Shown here piece after piece: positions 38,002 through 48,379 of a stretch of DNA of 64,000 nt. The first letter of the stretch is position 1, and every line of letters starts with the position of its first letter. The DNA comes from an uncultured delta proteobacterium. GTDB taxonomy: Bacteria; Desulfobacterota; Syntrophia; Syntrophales; UBA5619. The translations under genes were made by a program, and so were the position numbers. Location: contig CAWFOM010000015.1 in assembly GCA_963817385.1 (NCBI GenBank), positions 13,685 through 77,684 on the forward strand. The letters run 5' to 3'. The notes beneath the pieces are model-generated. The model had not been told where the DNA came from. It made no database searches and worked only from the letters and a program-made list of their open reading frames with translations.

Positions 38002-39024
38002 TCAATTGATTGTCACCACCACGCGCAGGGCGTCGCCGGGTCGTTGGTCGACGAAATCCAGGGCGTCCTTGACGTGATCAAGATCAAAGCGGTGGGTGAT
38101 AAGGGCGTGCAGATCCATTTTCCCGCTTTCCAGCACCTTGATGCCCCGGTGGAAATCTTTCGGTGTCATGCCTTTGCTGCCGATGATTTTGATTTCCTTG
38201 TAGTACATTGCGTATGCGTTGAAGCCGTCCATGGCGGCCGGAGCAATTCCAAAGAAGAGCACGGTTCCGCCGGGACGCACCATATCCATCGCCTGGCGTA
38301 AGGTAGCGCTGGAGCCGACGCTTTCGATGGCCAGATCGACGCCCAGTCCGCCGGTGGCTTCCTTAACCGCTTGAACGGGGTCCGTCTTGTCGGCGTTAAT
38401 AGTCGTTGCACCAAATGTTTTGGCGATGTCGAGTTTCCACTGGCTGCGGGTAATGGCAAAAACCGGTTCGGCGCCGCTGATGACCGCGAGCCTGGTTTGC
38501 AGCAGGCCGGCTGCCCCCTGACCGATTACGGCTACTGTTTCACCGGGGGTAATGCGGATCTTTTCGTGGGAATGGAAGACCGTGGACAACGCAATTAAAA
38601 TTGTCCCGTCTTCATAGGAAATACCGTCCGGAATCTTGATACAGCTGTAATCGGGAACGGCAACATACTCGGCAAACGTCCCGTCCAATTCACGGCCCAT
38701 CAAGCCACCGTTGAGACAGAGATTGACTTGACCGGTATAGCAGTAGGCACAATGACGGCAGAAAATAACGGAATTCAAGACAACCCGGTCTCCGACGGCC
38801 AAATCGGTGACGCCTTCACCGCATTCCGCAATCTCACCGGTCGATTCGTGTCCCTGTATTACCGGGAGGTTCGGTACGAGCACTTTTCCCGTATAAATGG
38901 CTACGTCCGTACCGCATATGGCAGTGGCCGTTACCTTGACGAGGACGGAGCCAGGCCCAATCTTCGGGCGGGGAACTTCTTCCACCGTTAAATCATAGGG
39001 TCTGCGCAGTACTGCTGCTTTCAT
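38002..39024 (-). CDS. Zn-dependent alcohol dehydrogenase (MDR; threonine/sorbitol dehydrogenase-like)
   Basis: ICGTD, GHE, structural Zn CRHCAYCYTGQVNLC, GQGAAG. Confidence 0.92.
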   Translation of the reverse strand: MKAAVLRRPYDLTVEEVPRPKIGPGSVLVKVTATAICGTDVAIYTGKVLVPNLPVIQGHESTGEIAECGEGVTDLAVGDRVVLNSVIFCRHCAYCYTGQVNLCLNGGLMGRELDGTFAEYVAVPDYSCIKIPDGISYEDGTILIALSTVFHSHEKIRITPGETVAVIGQGAAGLLQTRLAVISGAEPVFAITRSQWKLDIAKTFGATTINADKTDPVQAVKEATGGLGVDLAIESVGSSATLRQAMDMVRPGGTVLFFGIAPAAMDGFNAYAMYYKEIKIIGSKGMTPKDFHRGIKVLESGKMDLHALITHRFDLDHVKDALDFVDQRPGDALRVVVTIN

Positions 39025-39307
39025 GATAATCTCTTTTTACTGCAATTTTTTAAAGTTCGGATGAGCACGATCGTCTGTGCCCCCAACATATCAGCGACAG
39101 ACTGATTGCAAAGGGTAACGGGGGCGAACGTCACGTAATATACTTAAGAAAACATTGTCAAGAAGAAAAGTAATTGTTCAGCGCAGCCTGCTGCTGCCGG
39201 TGTTCACCGAGATACCGGGATTCGGCTGCGCAACCAAACGCCCAAGAGACGTTCGGCGCCGATCCGATTGCCATCACCCGGACTGTCCTCATGAAGAATG
39301 ATATCCA

Positions 39308-41218
39308 TCAGATACGGGTGTCTATCTCGCGTCCGTTTTTTGCCGGAAACGTAAAATAAAAAGCCGCCCCTTCGTTAACTTTTCCCTCGGCCCAGACAGT
39401 GCCGCCGTGACGGTGAACAATCCGCTTGACGATGGCAAGCCCTACACCCGTCCCCTCAAATTCCTCATCGCTATGGAGCCGCTGGAATACGCCGAAGAGC
39501 TTGTCATAATAGCGCATGTCGAACCCGACCCCGTTATCCTTCACATAGTAAAGCGTCTCCTCGCCGTTATCTTCCCCGCCGATCTCAATGACTGCGCTTC
39601 CTTTTGACCGCGAGTACTTGACGGCATTGGACAGGAGATTCGACAAGACCTGCCTCACCAGGGTACGGTCGCCAAAGGCCAGCGGCAGAGCGCTCATCCG
39701 TAGCGATTTCTGGTTTCCGTCGTCTTGTGTGCACAGTTCATTCCATGTTTCTTTCACAAGGAGTTCCATATCCACGTAAGAGAGAGTCATGGCCGTGCGG
39801 CCCAGGCGGGAGAAGGCGAGGAGATCATCGATCAACTGGCCCATTCTCAAGACATTGCTTCGGATTACATTGAGTTTCCGCTGTGTATCCTCGGTGAAGT
39901 TAGTTCCTTGATCCCTGAGGAGCATTCGCGAGAAGCCGTCGATGGCGCGCAGCGGTGCCCGCAAATCATGGGAGACCGTATACGTGAAATCTTCGAGCTC
40001 TTTATTGGCCGCCTCCAGATCCGATGTGTGCGCTCGCAGCGCTTCCTCGGCCCGCTTGCGGTCGGTGATGTCCTCCCCTGAGCTGAGGGTGCCGGTGATG
40101 CGCCCTTCCCCTTCCCACAAAACACTGTTCTGCCATGATATGATCCGCTCTTCGCCGCTGCGGGTTAAAACGGAGTTTTCGAAGGTTCTGTTTTCCTGAA
40201 CGTTGCCCGCCATCAGTCCCGAAAAAACATCTTTCACTTCGTCCCGCATCCGCTCCGGCACGAAGGTATCGAACCATTTCTTTCCCATGATCTCCGGCGC
40301 CTCATACCCCAGGATCTCGCAGCCCCGCCGGTTGATCATCGTCACGGTCTGATCCGCGTTCAGGGCGAGCATGAAGCCCCCCACGAGATCGAGGTAGCTT
40401 TGCGCACGATCCCTTGCCTTCTCCAGGGCCTCCTCGTTCTGTTTGAGATTTCTGAACATGAGGTTATAGGGTTTGGTGAGTCCCGTCTCGATGACCGCTT
40501 TGTAGATGAGATAAAATGAGATAATTTTCAAATAGTGCCCGATCAGGTTGGAAAAGTCATAGACGCCGACATAGAAGGTGAAGGCCAGCTCGGAGCCGAT
40601 CGTGGCGATGATCGACAGGGCGATCATGACCAGGACTTCCCGGTCGAATCCCTCCCGTTTCCGGAGCAACAGAATCAACGAGCCCAAGAGGATGCCGGAA
40701 ATCACATACTCGCTCGCGACCTTGAACGGCGTCAATCCGGTGCCGTCAATGTAGCAATCCGGGAAAACACCGGAGAAAATCGCCGCCAGGAGAAGTGAAA
40801 AAAACACCGTAAAACCGGTGAGAACAACATTTATCCGCAGTCTTCGCTTGATATAAAATGGGGCGGCGAGGAGGGCGAGGCTCTCCGCGTAACGGGCGGC
40901 GATCCATAGCTGGGTCGGCAGATTCGCCCCGTAGCCCGCGAAAACGTCCATCCCCTTGTATGCGAGGGTGTGGATGAGGTCGAGGCCGGCGATGAAGAGA
41001 TAGGCAATGCTGATGAAGACAAGATAATTATTATCGATGAACCGCCGCGAATTCCAGATGAGCATGAACAGCCCGAACCCGATGATGATGCTGAACAATT
41101 CGGCGAGCGTATGGAAGATCGGGTAGCTGAAGCGGCTGACGATATACAGGCCGATCAGGGATATGACTCCGAGAGTCACTTCACCGGTTCCGAACGAAAC
41201 AGTGGATCGTTTCTCCAT
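39308..41218 (-). CDS. MASE3-PAS sensor histidine kinase
   Basis: FHTLAELFS, DLIHTLAYKGM, NLPTQLWIAAR, GLTPFKVASEY (MASE3); PAS; SHDLRAPLR; NLLSNAVKY; GTGVGLA. Confidence 0.92.
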   Translation of the reverse strand: MEKRSTVSFGTGEVTLGVISLIGLYIVSRFSYPIFHTLAELFSIIIGFGLFMLIWNSRRFIDNNYLVFISIAYLFIAGLDLIHTLAYKGMDVFAGYGANLPTQLWIAARYAESLALLAAPFYIKRRLRINVVLTGFTVFFSLLLAAIFSGVFPDCYIDGTGLTPFKVASEYVISGILLGSLILLLRKREGFDREVLVMIALSIIATIGSELAFTFYVGVYDFSNLIGHYLKIISFYLIYKAVIETGLTKPYNLMFRNLKQNEEALEKARDRAQSYLDLVGGFMLALNADQTVTMINRRGCEILGYEAPEIMGKKWFDTFVPERMRDEVKDVFSGLMAGNVQENRTFENSVLTRSGEERIISWQNSVLWEGEGRITGTLSSGEDITDRKRAEEALRAHTSDLEAANKELEDFTYTVSHDLRAPLRAIDGFSRMLLRDQGTNFTEDTQRKLNVIRSNVLRMGQLIDDLLAFSRLGRTAMTLSYVDMELLVKETWNELCTQDDGNQKSLRMSALPLAFGDRTLVRQVLSNLLSNAVKYSRSKGSAVIEIGGEDNGEETLYYVKDNGVGFDMRYYDKLFGVFQRLHSDEEFEGTGVGLAIVKRIVHRHGGTVWAEGKVNEGAAFYFTFPAKNGREIDTRI

Positions 41219-41592
41219 TATTCCCTTTCCATAACTCCGACGGTTTCATAAAAAGTTTCGGAAAAACATCGGCGTGCTAAGCTCAGGCGAACCGTATCGT
41301 GTTCTCATAAGCTTGATCCGGAGATTGGAGAGGCATTCTTGTAAATAAAATCCTTTTTGTCAAGGTCGCATTTACGATAACTATATTACTCATTCGTAGA
41401 CCTTGCATACCGACTTTTCTCGTCTCTACGAGCGCTTCGACGAGATCATCGGCGCGACCGGCAACCACGAAACGCCGCGGTAACCGACGACCATAGTCTC
41501 CTCCTTGCGGGCATGTTCGTTATCCTACCCAACGCGAAAATCGTCGATTCAAAATCCGTCGTCTCCGACGGCCTGATCACTCACGTCGCTGG

Positions 41593-42831
41593 CTATGCGG
41601 CGGTGACGCGCCGCCGGCCCGCCATCTGCCACCATACGGCCAGGATCAGCGGCGCCGTCGACACGGCAGCCGCCGCCAGCGCCATTACCCCGTAGCCGCC
41701 GACGGCGTACACCAATCCGCTGACGGCCTGGCTGGAGGCAGAGGCCAGGTTCAAGAGCAGGTCGTTGAACCCCTGGGTTTTGGACCTCTCCGCGGGAGCG
41801 AGTTGGTCGGCCAGCAGGGTGGATCCGGCTACATACGCGAAGTTCCAACCGAGACCCAGAAAAAAAAGGGCGATCATCAGCGGTATGAGGCCGGTGGAAG
41901 GGACGGCCATCAGGCAGGAGAAGATCATGACAATCAAGCCCAGGATGATTACCTGACCCCGCCCCCACCGGTCGGTCATCCGCCCGGAGATGATGGAGAA
42001 GGCGTACATCCCCAGGGTGTGGGCGGAGATCACCAGCGAGACGGCGCTCAAGGTGTGCTGGTTGGCCTTCATGTGAACCGAGGTGATCGACATCGGCACT
42101 ACCATCACCATCTGGGCAAAAACCACGCTGACCATGGCCACGATGACCCCCGGCTGCCGCACGATTGCTGAAAGGGAGCGGGTCCCCTGCCGGGGGACCG
42201 ATTCCGGGTATATGCGGGCGAGTTCCCGCCCGACATCACGGGGATCCGGCCGCAGTCCCGCGAAGATCAGCATCGCCGCCAGGATCAGTCCGGCAAAGCC
42301 GACGCCGTAGGGCCCGGCCAGCTCCGGGTAGCCGGCCCACAGCGACAACTGTCCGGTGGGGCCCACCAGCAGGGGCCCGAACACCGCCCCCACCGTGCTC
42401 CCCAGTACGACATGGGAAATGGCCCGCCCCCGTTCCGATGGCAAGTGGACCTCCGCGGCGGCAAAACGACCCAGATCCACGGCCGACCTGGCAACCCCCA
42501 CCAGGACGAGGCCCAGCAGGAAGAGGGGCAGGGAACGGCCCACCACCGCACTTATCGCGATCACCGATCCCACCACCCCGATGACCTGGCCCAGGGCGAG
42601 GCCTCCTCGCCGGCCGATCCGATCCATGCTGAAACCCCAAAGGAGAGCGCCGCACGCCTGCCCCAGGACGTAGACGGCGCCGGGTACGCCCGCCATGGCC
42701 GTCCGACCGCTCAAGTCGACGCCCACGAGGGAATTGACGGCGAAGGCGGCGATGAATCCGGCCGAACTGAGGCTCTGAGACAGGAATAGTACGATCGTTA
42801 TCTTCCGGGCGATACGGGTATAGTCTTTCAT
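41593..42831 (-). CDS. MFS transporter
   Basis: About 12 TM; MDRIGRR and TDRWGR motif-A loops; RFAAAE. Confidence 0.92.
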   Translation of the reverse strand: MKDYTRIARKITIVLFLSQSLSSAGFIAAFAVNSLVGVDLSGRTAMAGVPGAVYVLGQACGALLWGFSMDRIGRRGGLALGQVIGVVGSVIAISAVVGRSLPLFLLGLVLVGVARSAVDLGRFAAAEVHLPSERGRAISHVVLGSTVGAVFGPLLVGPTGQLSLWAGYPELAGPYGVGFAGLILAAMLIFAGLRPDPRDVGRELARIYPESVPRQGTRSLSAIVRQPGVIVAMVSVVFAQMVMVVPMSITSVHMKANQHTLSAVSLVISAHTLGMYAFSIISGRMTDRWGRGQVIILGLIVMIFSCLMAVPSTGLIPLMIALFFLGLGWNFAYVAGSTLLADQLAPAERSKTQGFNDLLLNLASASSQAVSGLVYAVGGYGVMALAAAAVSTAPLILAVWWQMAGRRRVTAA

Positions 42832-43061
42832 CCATTGCTCCTTTTTTTTATGGCCAAGAGGTACGGCAAATGTTAAGGGATGTCAACAGGAATCGTTTCC
42901 GACGCCATACCGCCCCCCGGCCCGCGCCGGGCGATCTCGCTTCCCGATTCAAAACCCCGTCGTCTCACTATTTTGCGTATCGATTGCGCCGGTTGGATAA
43001 TAAGGTTATATTGATGCCGGTTCAAGAGGCGTCAGATTGAATTGGAGAGGAGAAATATGTT

Positions 43062-44318
43062 GTGACCTATGTTGGATCGGAAGTTTCACGGAAAAGGAAA
43101 AAGGGCTTCAGCACGTTCTCTTCACTGCGGAATATCGACTATCGCTACCTGTGGATAGGCAACCTGTTCAACACGGGCGGACTGTGGATTCAGCAGGTAA
43201 CCATCAGTTGGCTGGTGTGGGAATTATCCGGGTCAGCCGCACTGGTGGGTATCACCGCAGGGTTGCGTTTCGTGCCGTTCATATTCCTGGGGCCTCTCGG
43301 CGGCGTTGCCGCCGACCGCCTGGACCGCCGCCGTCTTTTGATGATTACGCAAACGGTTATGGCGGCAGCGGCGGTGGTGTTCGCCATGGTGGTGGCGCTG
43401 GACTGGGTGCGTGTATGGCACGCAATGGTGTTCAGCTTCGTGATGGGATGCGGATTTACCCTGAATATGCCCGTCCGTCAGTCCCTGATAGCGAACACCG
43501 TGCCGCTCGAAGAACTGGGCAATGCCATCGCCCTCAACGCCACTGCCGTCAACGCCAGCCGTATTATCGGACCAGCGGCGGGCGGTGTTCTTATCGTGGC
43601 CTTTGGTGCGGCAGGGAACTTCCTTCTGCAGGCGGGTCTGTACCTATGCATGGTGGCGGTGATCTTTCCGATGAAAGCGCCTTACCGGGACGGCGCGCCT
43701 GCGAGCAAGGCGTCGGCCTTCGGCAGCCTGAAAGAGGGCGTCCATTATGTCTGGGGGAACAAGACCCTGTTCGGCCTGGTTATCCTCAGTTTCATCCCAT
43801 CCCTGTTCGTGATGCCGATATTGCAGATCATGCCGGTCTTCACCGAGAAGGTTCTCCATGCCAAGGCCGATATCTATGGCTACCTGATGGCTTCATTCGG
43901 CGTCGGCGGCCTCCTGGCGACCCTGACCATGGCCTCGTTCGGGAGCAGTATTCGCAGCGGATGGATGGGAATTGCGGCGCTGTCGAGCGCCGCCATCATG
44001 GTTATCCTTTTATCCCAGTCCGGCATGCCCTGGATTGCGTTTCTCCTGCTTGCAGCTGTCGGTTTTTTCATAATGACCTTCAAAGTCAACAACAATACCC
44101 TCGTGCAGATACTGGCGCCCGATGCCCTCCGTGGGCGCATCATGTCCATCTACCAGCTTGACCACGCCCTTACGCCGCTTTCCTACTTTGTCCTGGGAGT
44201 AGGTGCGGACATCTTTTCCGCGCCTACTGCCATGGCGGCATCGGGTGTGCTGGGGCTGGTGGTGACGGCCGCGCTGATGGCAAGCGTGAAACAGATACGG
44301 GAGCTGCGAAAATTGTAG
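43062..44318 (+). CDS. MFS transporter (MFS_3 / H+ antiporter-like)
   Basis: GGVAADRLDRRRLL, NAIALN..N.SRIIGPA, LRGRIMS. Confidence 0.92.
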   Translation: MTYVGSEVSRKRKKGFSTFSSLRNIDYRYLWIGNLFNTGGLWIQQVTISWLVWELSGSAALVGITAGLRFVPFIFLGPLGGVAADRLDRRRLLMITQTVMAAAAVVFAMVVALDWVRVWHAMVFSFVMGCGFTLNMPVRQSLIANTVPLEELGNAIALNATAVNASRIIGPAAGGVLIVAFGAAGNFLLQAGLYLCMVAVIFPMKAPYRDGAPASKASAFGSLKEGVHYVWGNKTLFGLVILSFIPSLFVMPILQIMPVFTEKVLHAKADIYGYLMASFGVGGLLATLTMASFGSSIRSGWMGIAALSSAAIMVILLSQSGMPWIAFLLLAAVGFFIMTFKVNNNTLVQILAPDALRGRIMSIYQLDHALTPLSYFVLGVGADIFSAPTAMAASGVLGLVVTAALMASVKQIRELRKL

Positions 44319-44416
44319 AAGCATCTTTATAGGAAAGCAGCGGGATATGAGCCGAGAAAGATGTTGATAGCCGGCTTTGGTGCGGTGATACGTGACGGAA
44401 CCGATGGAGCGACGAT

Positions 44417-45175
44417 ATGGACAAGGAACTCACGAGAAAATACCGATCATTTTTAAAAGACAGCATCCGCAAGGGTATTGATTTTTCTCAAACCGATCAG
44501 TACCGGGGAATTGCGCCTCCTCCGATTGAAAAGCCTTACCCGAAAGAATCCAAACGAATGACCCTTCCCCCCCATGACCGGTTAAAAGATATCGGCACCG
44601 GTGATCTTCAATCGGTCATCAGGAACCGTGAAAGCCGCCGCTCCTACAGCGATGAGCCGCTCGCTCTTGAAGAGCTGTCTTTCCTTTTGTGGGCTACCCA
44701 GGGGATACGGCGGAAACTCGATCCCGGTCATGCGTTGAGAACGGTTCCTTCCGCCGGCTGCCGCCACGCGCTGGAAACATATCTCTGTGTCTTGAATGTC
44801 TCGGGATTGGATCAGGGAATCTACCGTTACCTGCCGCTTGAGCATCAACTCCTGTTTGAATTTGCCGAGGAGAACCTGCAGAAAAAGATTGTCCGGGCCG
44901 TTCTCGGTCAGCCATACCCCGGAGAAGCGGCCGTTACCTTTATCTGGACGGCGATCCCGTACCGAATGGAATGGCGCTATGGGATTGCAGCCCACAAGGT
45001 CATTGCGATTGACGCCGGTCATGTCTGCCAGAATCTTTATCTTGCCTGTGAAGCGATCGGTGCGGGGACTTGTGCGATTGCCGCCTACGATCAGGAGGGG
45101 GTAGACGAACTCCTCAGGATTGACGGAGAGGATGAAACCACGATTTATCTTGCATCGGTGGGGAAAAGAAAATGA
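44417..45175 (+). CDS. SagB/ThcOx-type nitroreductase-fold dehydrogenase
   Basis: RESRRSY, LLWATQG, RTVPSAGCRH.LE, DAGHVCQNLYL. Confidence 0.9.
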   Translation: MDKELTRKYRSFLKDSIRKGIDFSQTDQYRGIAPPPIEKPYPKESKRMTLPPHDRLKDIGTGDLQSVIRNRESRRSYSDEPLALEELSFLLWATQGIRRKLDPGHALRTVPSAGCRHALETYLCVLNVSGLDQGIYRYLPLEHQLLFEFAEENLQKKIVRAVLGQPYPGEAAVTFIWTAIPYRMEWRYGIAAHKVIAIDAGHVCQNLYLACEAIGAGTCAIAAYDQEGVDELLRIDGEDETTIYLASVGKRK

Positions 45176-45271
45176 CGAGCAACTCGGCATCCCCGAAAAA
45201 GATCGCGCGTATTGCAAGGATGATCTGCTCCATGGTTGATTGAGGATCCCGGCGGAGAAGGATTTGGAGCT

Positions 45272-46222
45272 TCACGGCGATTCTTTTTTCAGAAGGCGTT
45301 TCGATTGCTCCAACTCATTTCTCAATATCTCAATCATATTCGTTTGATCGTCAATGATCTTTTTGATGTCCAGATTCCTGATCTGTTCCTGGCTCATGCG
45401 AAGTCTGGCCAGTGTTTGATCAATGGTATCGGCGATACTTGCCTTTTCATGGGAAACCGCATCCGGTTGGTTGTCTTCATACGTCTTGAGCCTGGCTACG
45501 ATCATCTTGACGGCATTTTCCATCTCCTTGAATTCGCCGTTGGATCTAAAATCCAGATGGATGTCGTAATTGCGGTTGGAAATTCTTTTCAGGCTCTCGG
45601 AAAGCTGCCTGATCGGATCGGTGATCATGCTGGGAAAATTGAATATGAAGACGATCGATAACAGAAAACAGATTGAGGCAATGATCGTCAATATGACATA
45701 GGAACGCCGTTCATACCGGGTCACGCGCTCATTTTTTTTCATGATCGCCTGCATGTTGATGTCGGAAATTTGATAAATCTTGGACTTTAACGAATGATAC
45801 TTTGCTAACAGATTCCGAAAATAAAAATCGGATCTGTTTTTTATCGCATGGATCTCCGCGACCGATACCATATAACTCTTGTATTCGCCGGACAGTGACT
45901 GAAGCACTTCCCGTTCCCCGGGTTCCGTGACGTTCTTGGCCTCTTTCCGTAAATTATCTTCAAATGCATCGTATAAAGCGGCCAATTCGTTTTCACGCTT
46001 CATTTTTTGCGGATTGAAGAGGAGAGCCAATTGCAAGGCGTTGATCCGGTCTATCGTCTGGAGCATGTTTTCGGCGTATTGGATCGAAAGATTGTTGTCT
46101 TTCATGATCTTTTCTGATTGCTGGGAGATATTGTAGATGCTGTATGCGCCGAACAGGGCGATGACGAGAAATTCAATAAACAGAAAAATAATCCCCAACG
46201 TGAGTTTTTCCTTGATTTTCAT
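45272..46222 (-). CDS. Membrane sensor-like protein (four-helix bundle + HAMP + coiled coil), no kinase domain
   Basis: TM1, periplasmic region with NVTEPGE, TM2, HAMP (ITDPIRQL...NGEFKEM), short coiled-coil tail. Confidence 0.75.
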   Translation of the reverse strand: MKIKEKLTLGIIFLFIEFLVIALFGAYSIYNISQQSEKIMKDNNLSIQYAENMLQTIDRINALQLALLFNPQKMKRENELAALYDAFEDNLRKEAKNVTEPGEREVLQSLSGEYKSYMVSVAEIHAIKNRSDFYFRNLLAKYHSLKSKIYQISDINMQAIMKKNERVTRYERRSYVILTIIASICFLLSIVFIFNFPSMITDPIRQLSESLKRISNRNYDIHLDFRSNGEFKEMENAVKMIVARLKTYEDNQPDAVSHEKASIADTIDQTLARLRMSQEQIRNLDIKKIIDDQTNMIEILRNELEQSKRLLKKESP

Positions 46223-46239
46223 GATCTCCCTCCTCACTG

Positions 46240-48063
46240 CTACATTTCCACCCGGGTCACGATCCCCTGCAGCCGGCTGGGGGGCAGCTTGCTGAACTGC
46301 ACGAAATTGGGGGTGAGCCGTTTGATCAGGCTGAATATCTGCCAGATCGGATTGCGCGTCACGATATCCTCCACCCCGTAGAAGATGACCTTTTCCTTGA
46401 TGCCGTGTTCCTTGAACAGACCTTCGATATCGAGGATTTCGCGGTAGCCGGCCCGAACCTCGAAGGCCTCGAGACCCGGCCCCAGATCCTGCTTCAGATG
46501 CGCCGTGACGCCGAAGGGGTCCGCCGTCCGGGTGATGGAAATCAGGATGTTCCGGTCGTATATGATGTTACTCCGGAAGATATTGTGGACGATATACGGT
46601 GAAATCATCCGATAGTCGCGGCAGAAGAACAGGGCCGTCCCGGCGATGTTCCTTCCCAGCCGGTAGATCTGCTCGTAACTGATGAGAAACGTTTTCAGCT
46701 CCAACGGACGCAGGGCGTCATACAGCCGATGCTGTCCCTTCAGCCAGATGAGTATTGCGGTGAAGGGGAGGGCGGCCAGGATCAGCGACCAATAGGCGCC
46801 GTGGGGAATCTTGCTCAGGGTGGCGATAAAATACGTAAAGGCGATGCAGCTGACCATGACGGCGATGGGAATCTTCCACTTCATCTTGCGGATATGGGAA
46901 AACACCAGGATCATCATCAGGCTTGTGATCGTCATCGATCCGGTGACTGCCATGCCGTAAGCTGCGGCCAGGTTCTCCGATCTCTGGAAGGTCAGCATCA
47001 TGAAGATGACGGCGCACATCAGCATCCAGTTCACGAAGGGGATGTAGATCTGGGTTTTCAGCTGGCTCGAAGTGTAGAAAACCTTCAGCAGAGGCATGAT
47101 CCGCGTTGTGATGCCCTGGTAAACCACGGAAAAGGCCCCGCTGATGATCGACTGCGAGGCGATGATCGTCGCCAGGACCGTCAGGACGAGGAAGGGGATG
47201 TAGAGATAGGGCGCTTGATACTGGACCATGCCGAACAGGAGGGACTTTACCTCCGGATGCTGAAGTGCAAAGATCCCCTGCCCCATGTAATTGAGAAGGA
47301 GGGCGGCGAATACGAAGTACCAGGCATGGAGGATCGGTTTCTTGCCGAGGTGACCCATGTCGGCGTAGAGGGCCTCGCCGCCCGTGGCACAGAGGATGGC
47401 CTCGGACAGGACGAAGAATCCGGCGATGCCGTTTTCCTTGAGGAACTGGAAGGCGTAATAGGGGCTGACGGATCTGAGAATCCCGGGCATGGTTGTGACG
47501 GATATCATGCCCGTGACCGCCAGGGAGAGGAACCAGACCAGCATGACCGGGCCGAAGGCCCCGGCGACCTTGTCCGTCCCCCGGGCCTGAAACGAAAAAA
47601 GCCCCAGGGCAATCACCGCCGCGATCAGGATCAGGATCTCCGGCTGAAGGTTTTCCAGTCCCGGAATCAGCAGCATTCCCTCGACGGCGGACAGGAGCGT
47701 GATGGCGGGCGTGATGACGCCGTCACCCAACAGCAGCGAGACGCCCAGGAAGGTAAGAAAGCCTGCGAAGGCGAGCTGCCGGCCGGGTTTGATCGTCTTA
47801 CGCAGGATCTCCCGCAGCATGATCTCTCCCCCCTGTCCCTTATAGGGGAGGCTCATGGCGAGCCAGGCATACTCGACGGTCACGAGGGTCAAGAGAGTCC
47901 AGACGACGAGGGACAGGATGCCCAGGACGTTCGCTTCCGTCCTCGGTGTCAGGGTGAAAACGACGGTCAGGGTATAGAGGGGGCTTGTACCGATGTCGCC
48001 GAACACGATTCCCATCGAGCGGACGACGCCAATCCAGAAAGGTTCCCGTTTGTTATGTTTCAA
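46240..48063 (-). CDS. kup: KUP/HAK/KT potassium uptake transporter
   Basis: GIVFGDIGTSPLY, GDGVITPAIT, TGGEALYADMGH, QIYIPFVNW, LAAAYGMAV. Confidence 0.95.
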   Translation of the reverse strand: MKHNKREPFWIGVVRSMGIVFGDIGTSPLYTLTVVFTLTPRTEANVLGILSLVVWTLLTLVTVEYAWLAMSLPYKGQGGEIMLREILRKTIKPGRQLAFAGFLTFLGVSLLLGDGVITPAITLLSAVEGMLLIPGLENLQPEILILIAAVIALGLFSFQARGTDKVAGAFGPVMLVWFLSLAVTGMISVTTMPGILRSVSPYYAFQFLKENGIAGFFVLSEAILCATGGEALYADMGHLGKKPILHAWYFVFAALLLNYMGQGIFALQHPEVKSLLFGMVQYQAPYLYIPFLVLTVLATIIASQSIISGAFSVVYQGITTRIMPLLKVFYTSSQLKTQIYIPFVNWMLMCAVIFMMLTFQRSENLAAAYGMAVTGSMTITSLMMILVFSHIRKMKWKIPIAVMVSCIAFTYFIATLSKIPHGAYWSLILAALPFTAILIWLKGQHRLYDALRPLELKTFLISYEQIYRLGRNIAGTALFFCRDYRMISPYIVHNIFRSNIIYDRNILISITRTADPFGVTAHLKQDLGPGLEAFEVRAGYREILDIEGLFKEHGIKEKVIFYGVEDIVTRNPIWQIFSLIKRLTPNFVQFSKLPPSRLQGIVTRVEM

Positions 48064-48223
48064 GATTTATGATCCCGCATTCCGGTGAAAACTCGACACG
48101 ACCCGGCCTGTAATGAATGGTTCCCTCCAATATCACCGAACAATCCGGCGGTCAAGTCCTGCCAGGGCAACCGGAGCTATTCCCACCAGTCCGAGCGGTG
48201 GGAGCAGGCGGGCAAGCAGGTGG

Positions 48224-48286
48224 TGAATCCGCCAGCGAGCGCATTCCCCGCGGCTTGCTGCGGGGTAAGCGAGCAAAAAAGGATGG
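48224..48286. repeat. REP-like palindromic element, copy 1
   Basis: TGAATCCGCCAGCGAGCGCATTCCCCGCGGCTTGCTGCGGGGTAAGCGAGC with CCCCGC..GCGGGG hairpin; homologous copy at 55102. Confidence 0.65.
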
Positions 48287-48379
48287 GGTTTTCCTCTTAA
48301 GGATCTTCAATCTCCCGAGCCCTCCCGGGGCGGTCAAATCCTTAACACACCCTGCCATACTTATGGTATATTTTTGGAC

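Noticed and set aside
44417..45175. RiPP (TOMM) cluster around the SagB/ThcOx-like gene
   Set aside because: No YcaO cyclodehydratase or precursor peptide nearby; stand-alone members are common.
48064..48223. c-di-AMP (ydaO) riboswitch upstream of kup
   Set aside because: Expected from context, but only a GGGAACC fragment is visible and the other conserved elements are not. An Rfam scan would settle it.
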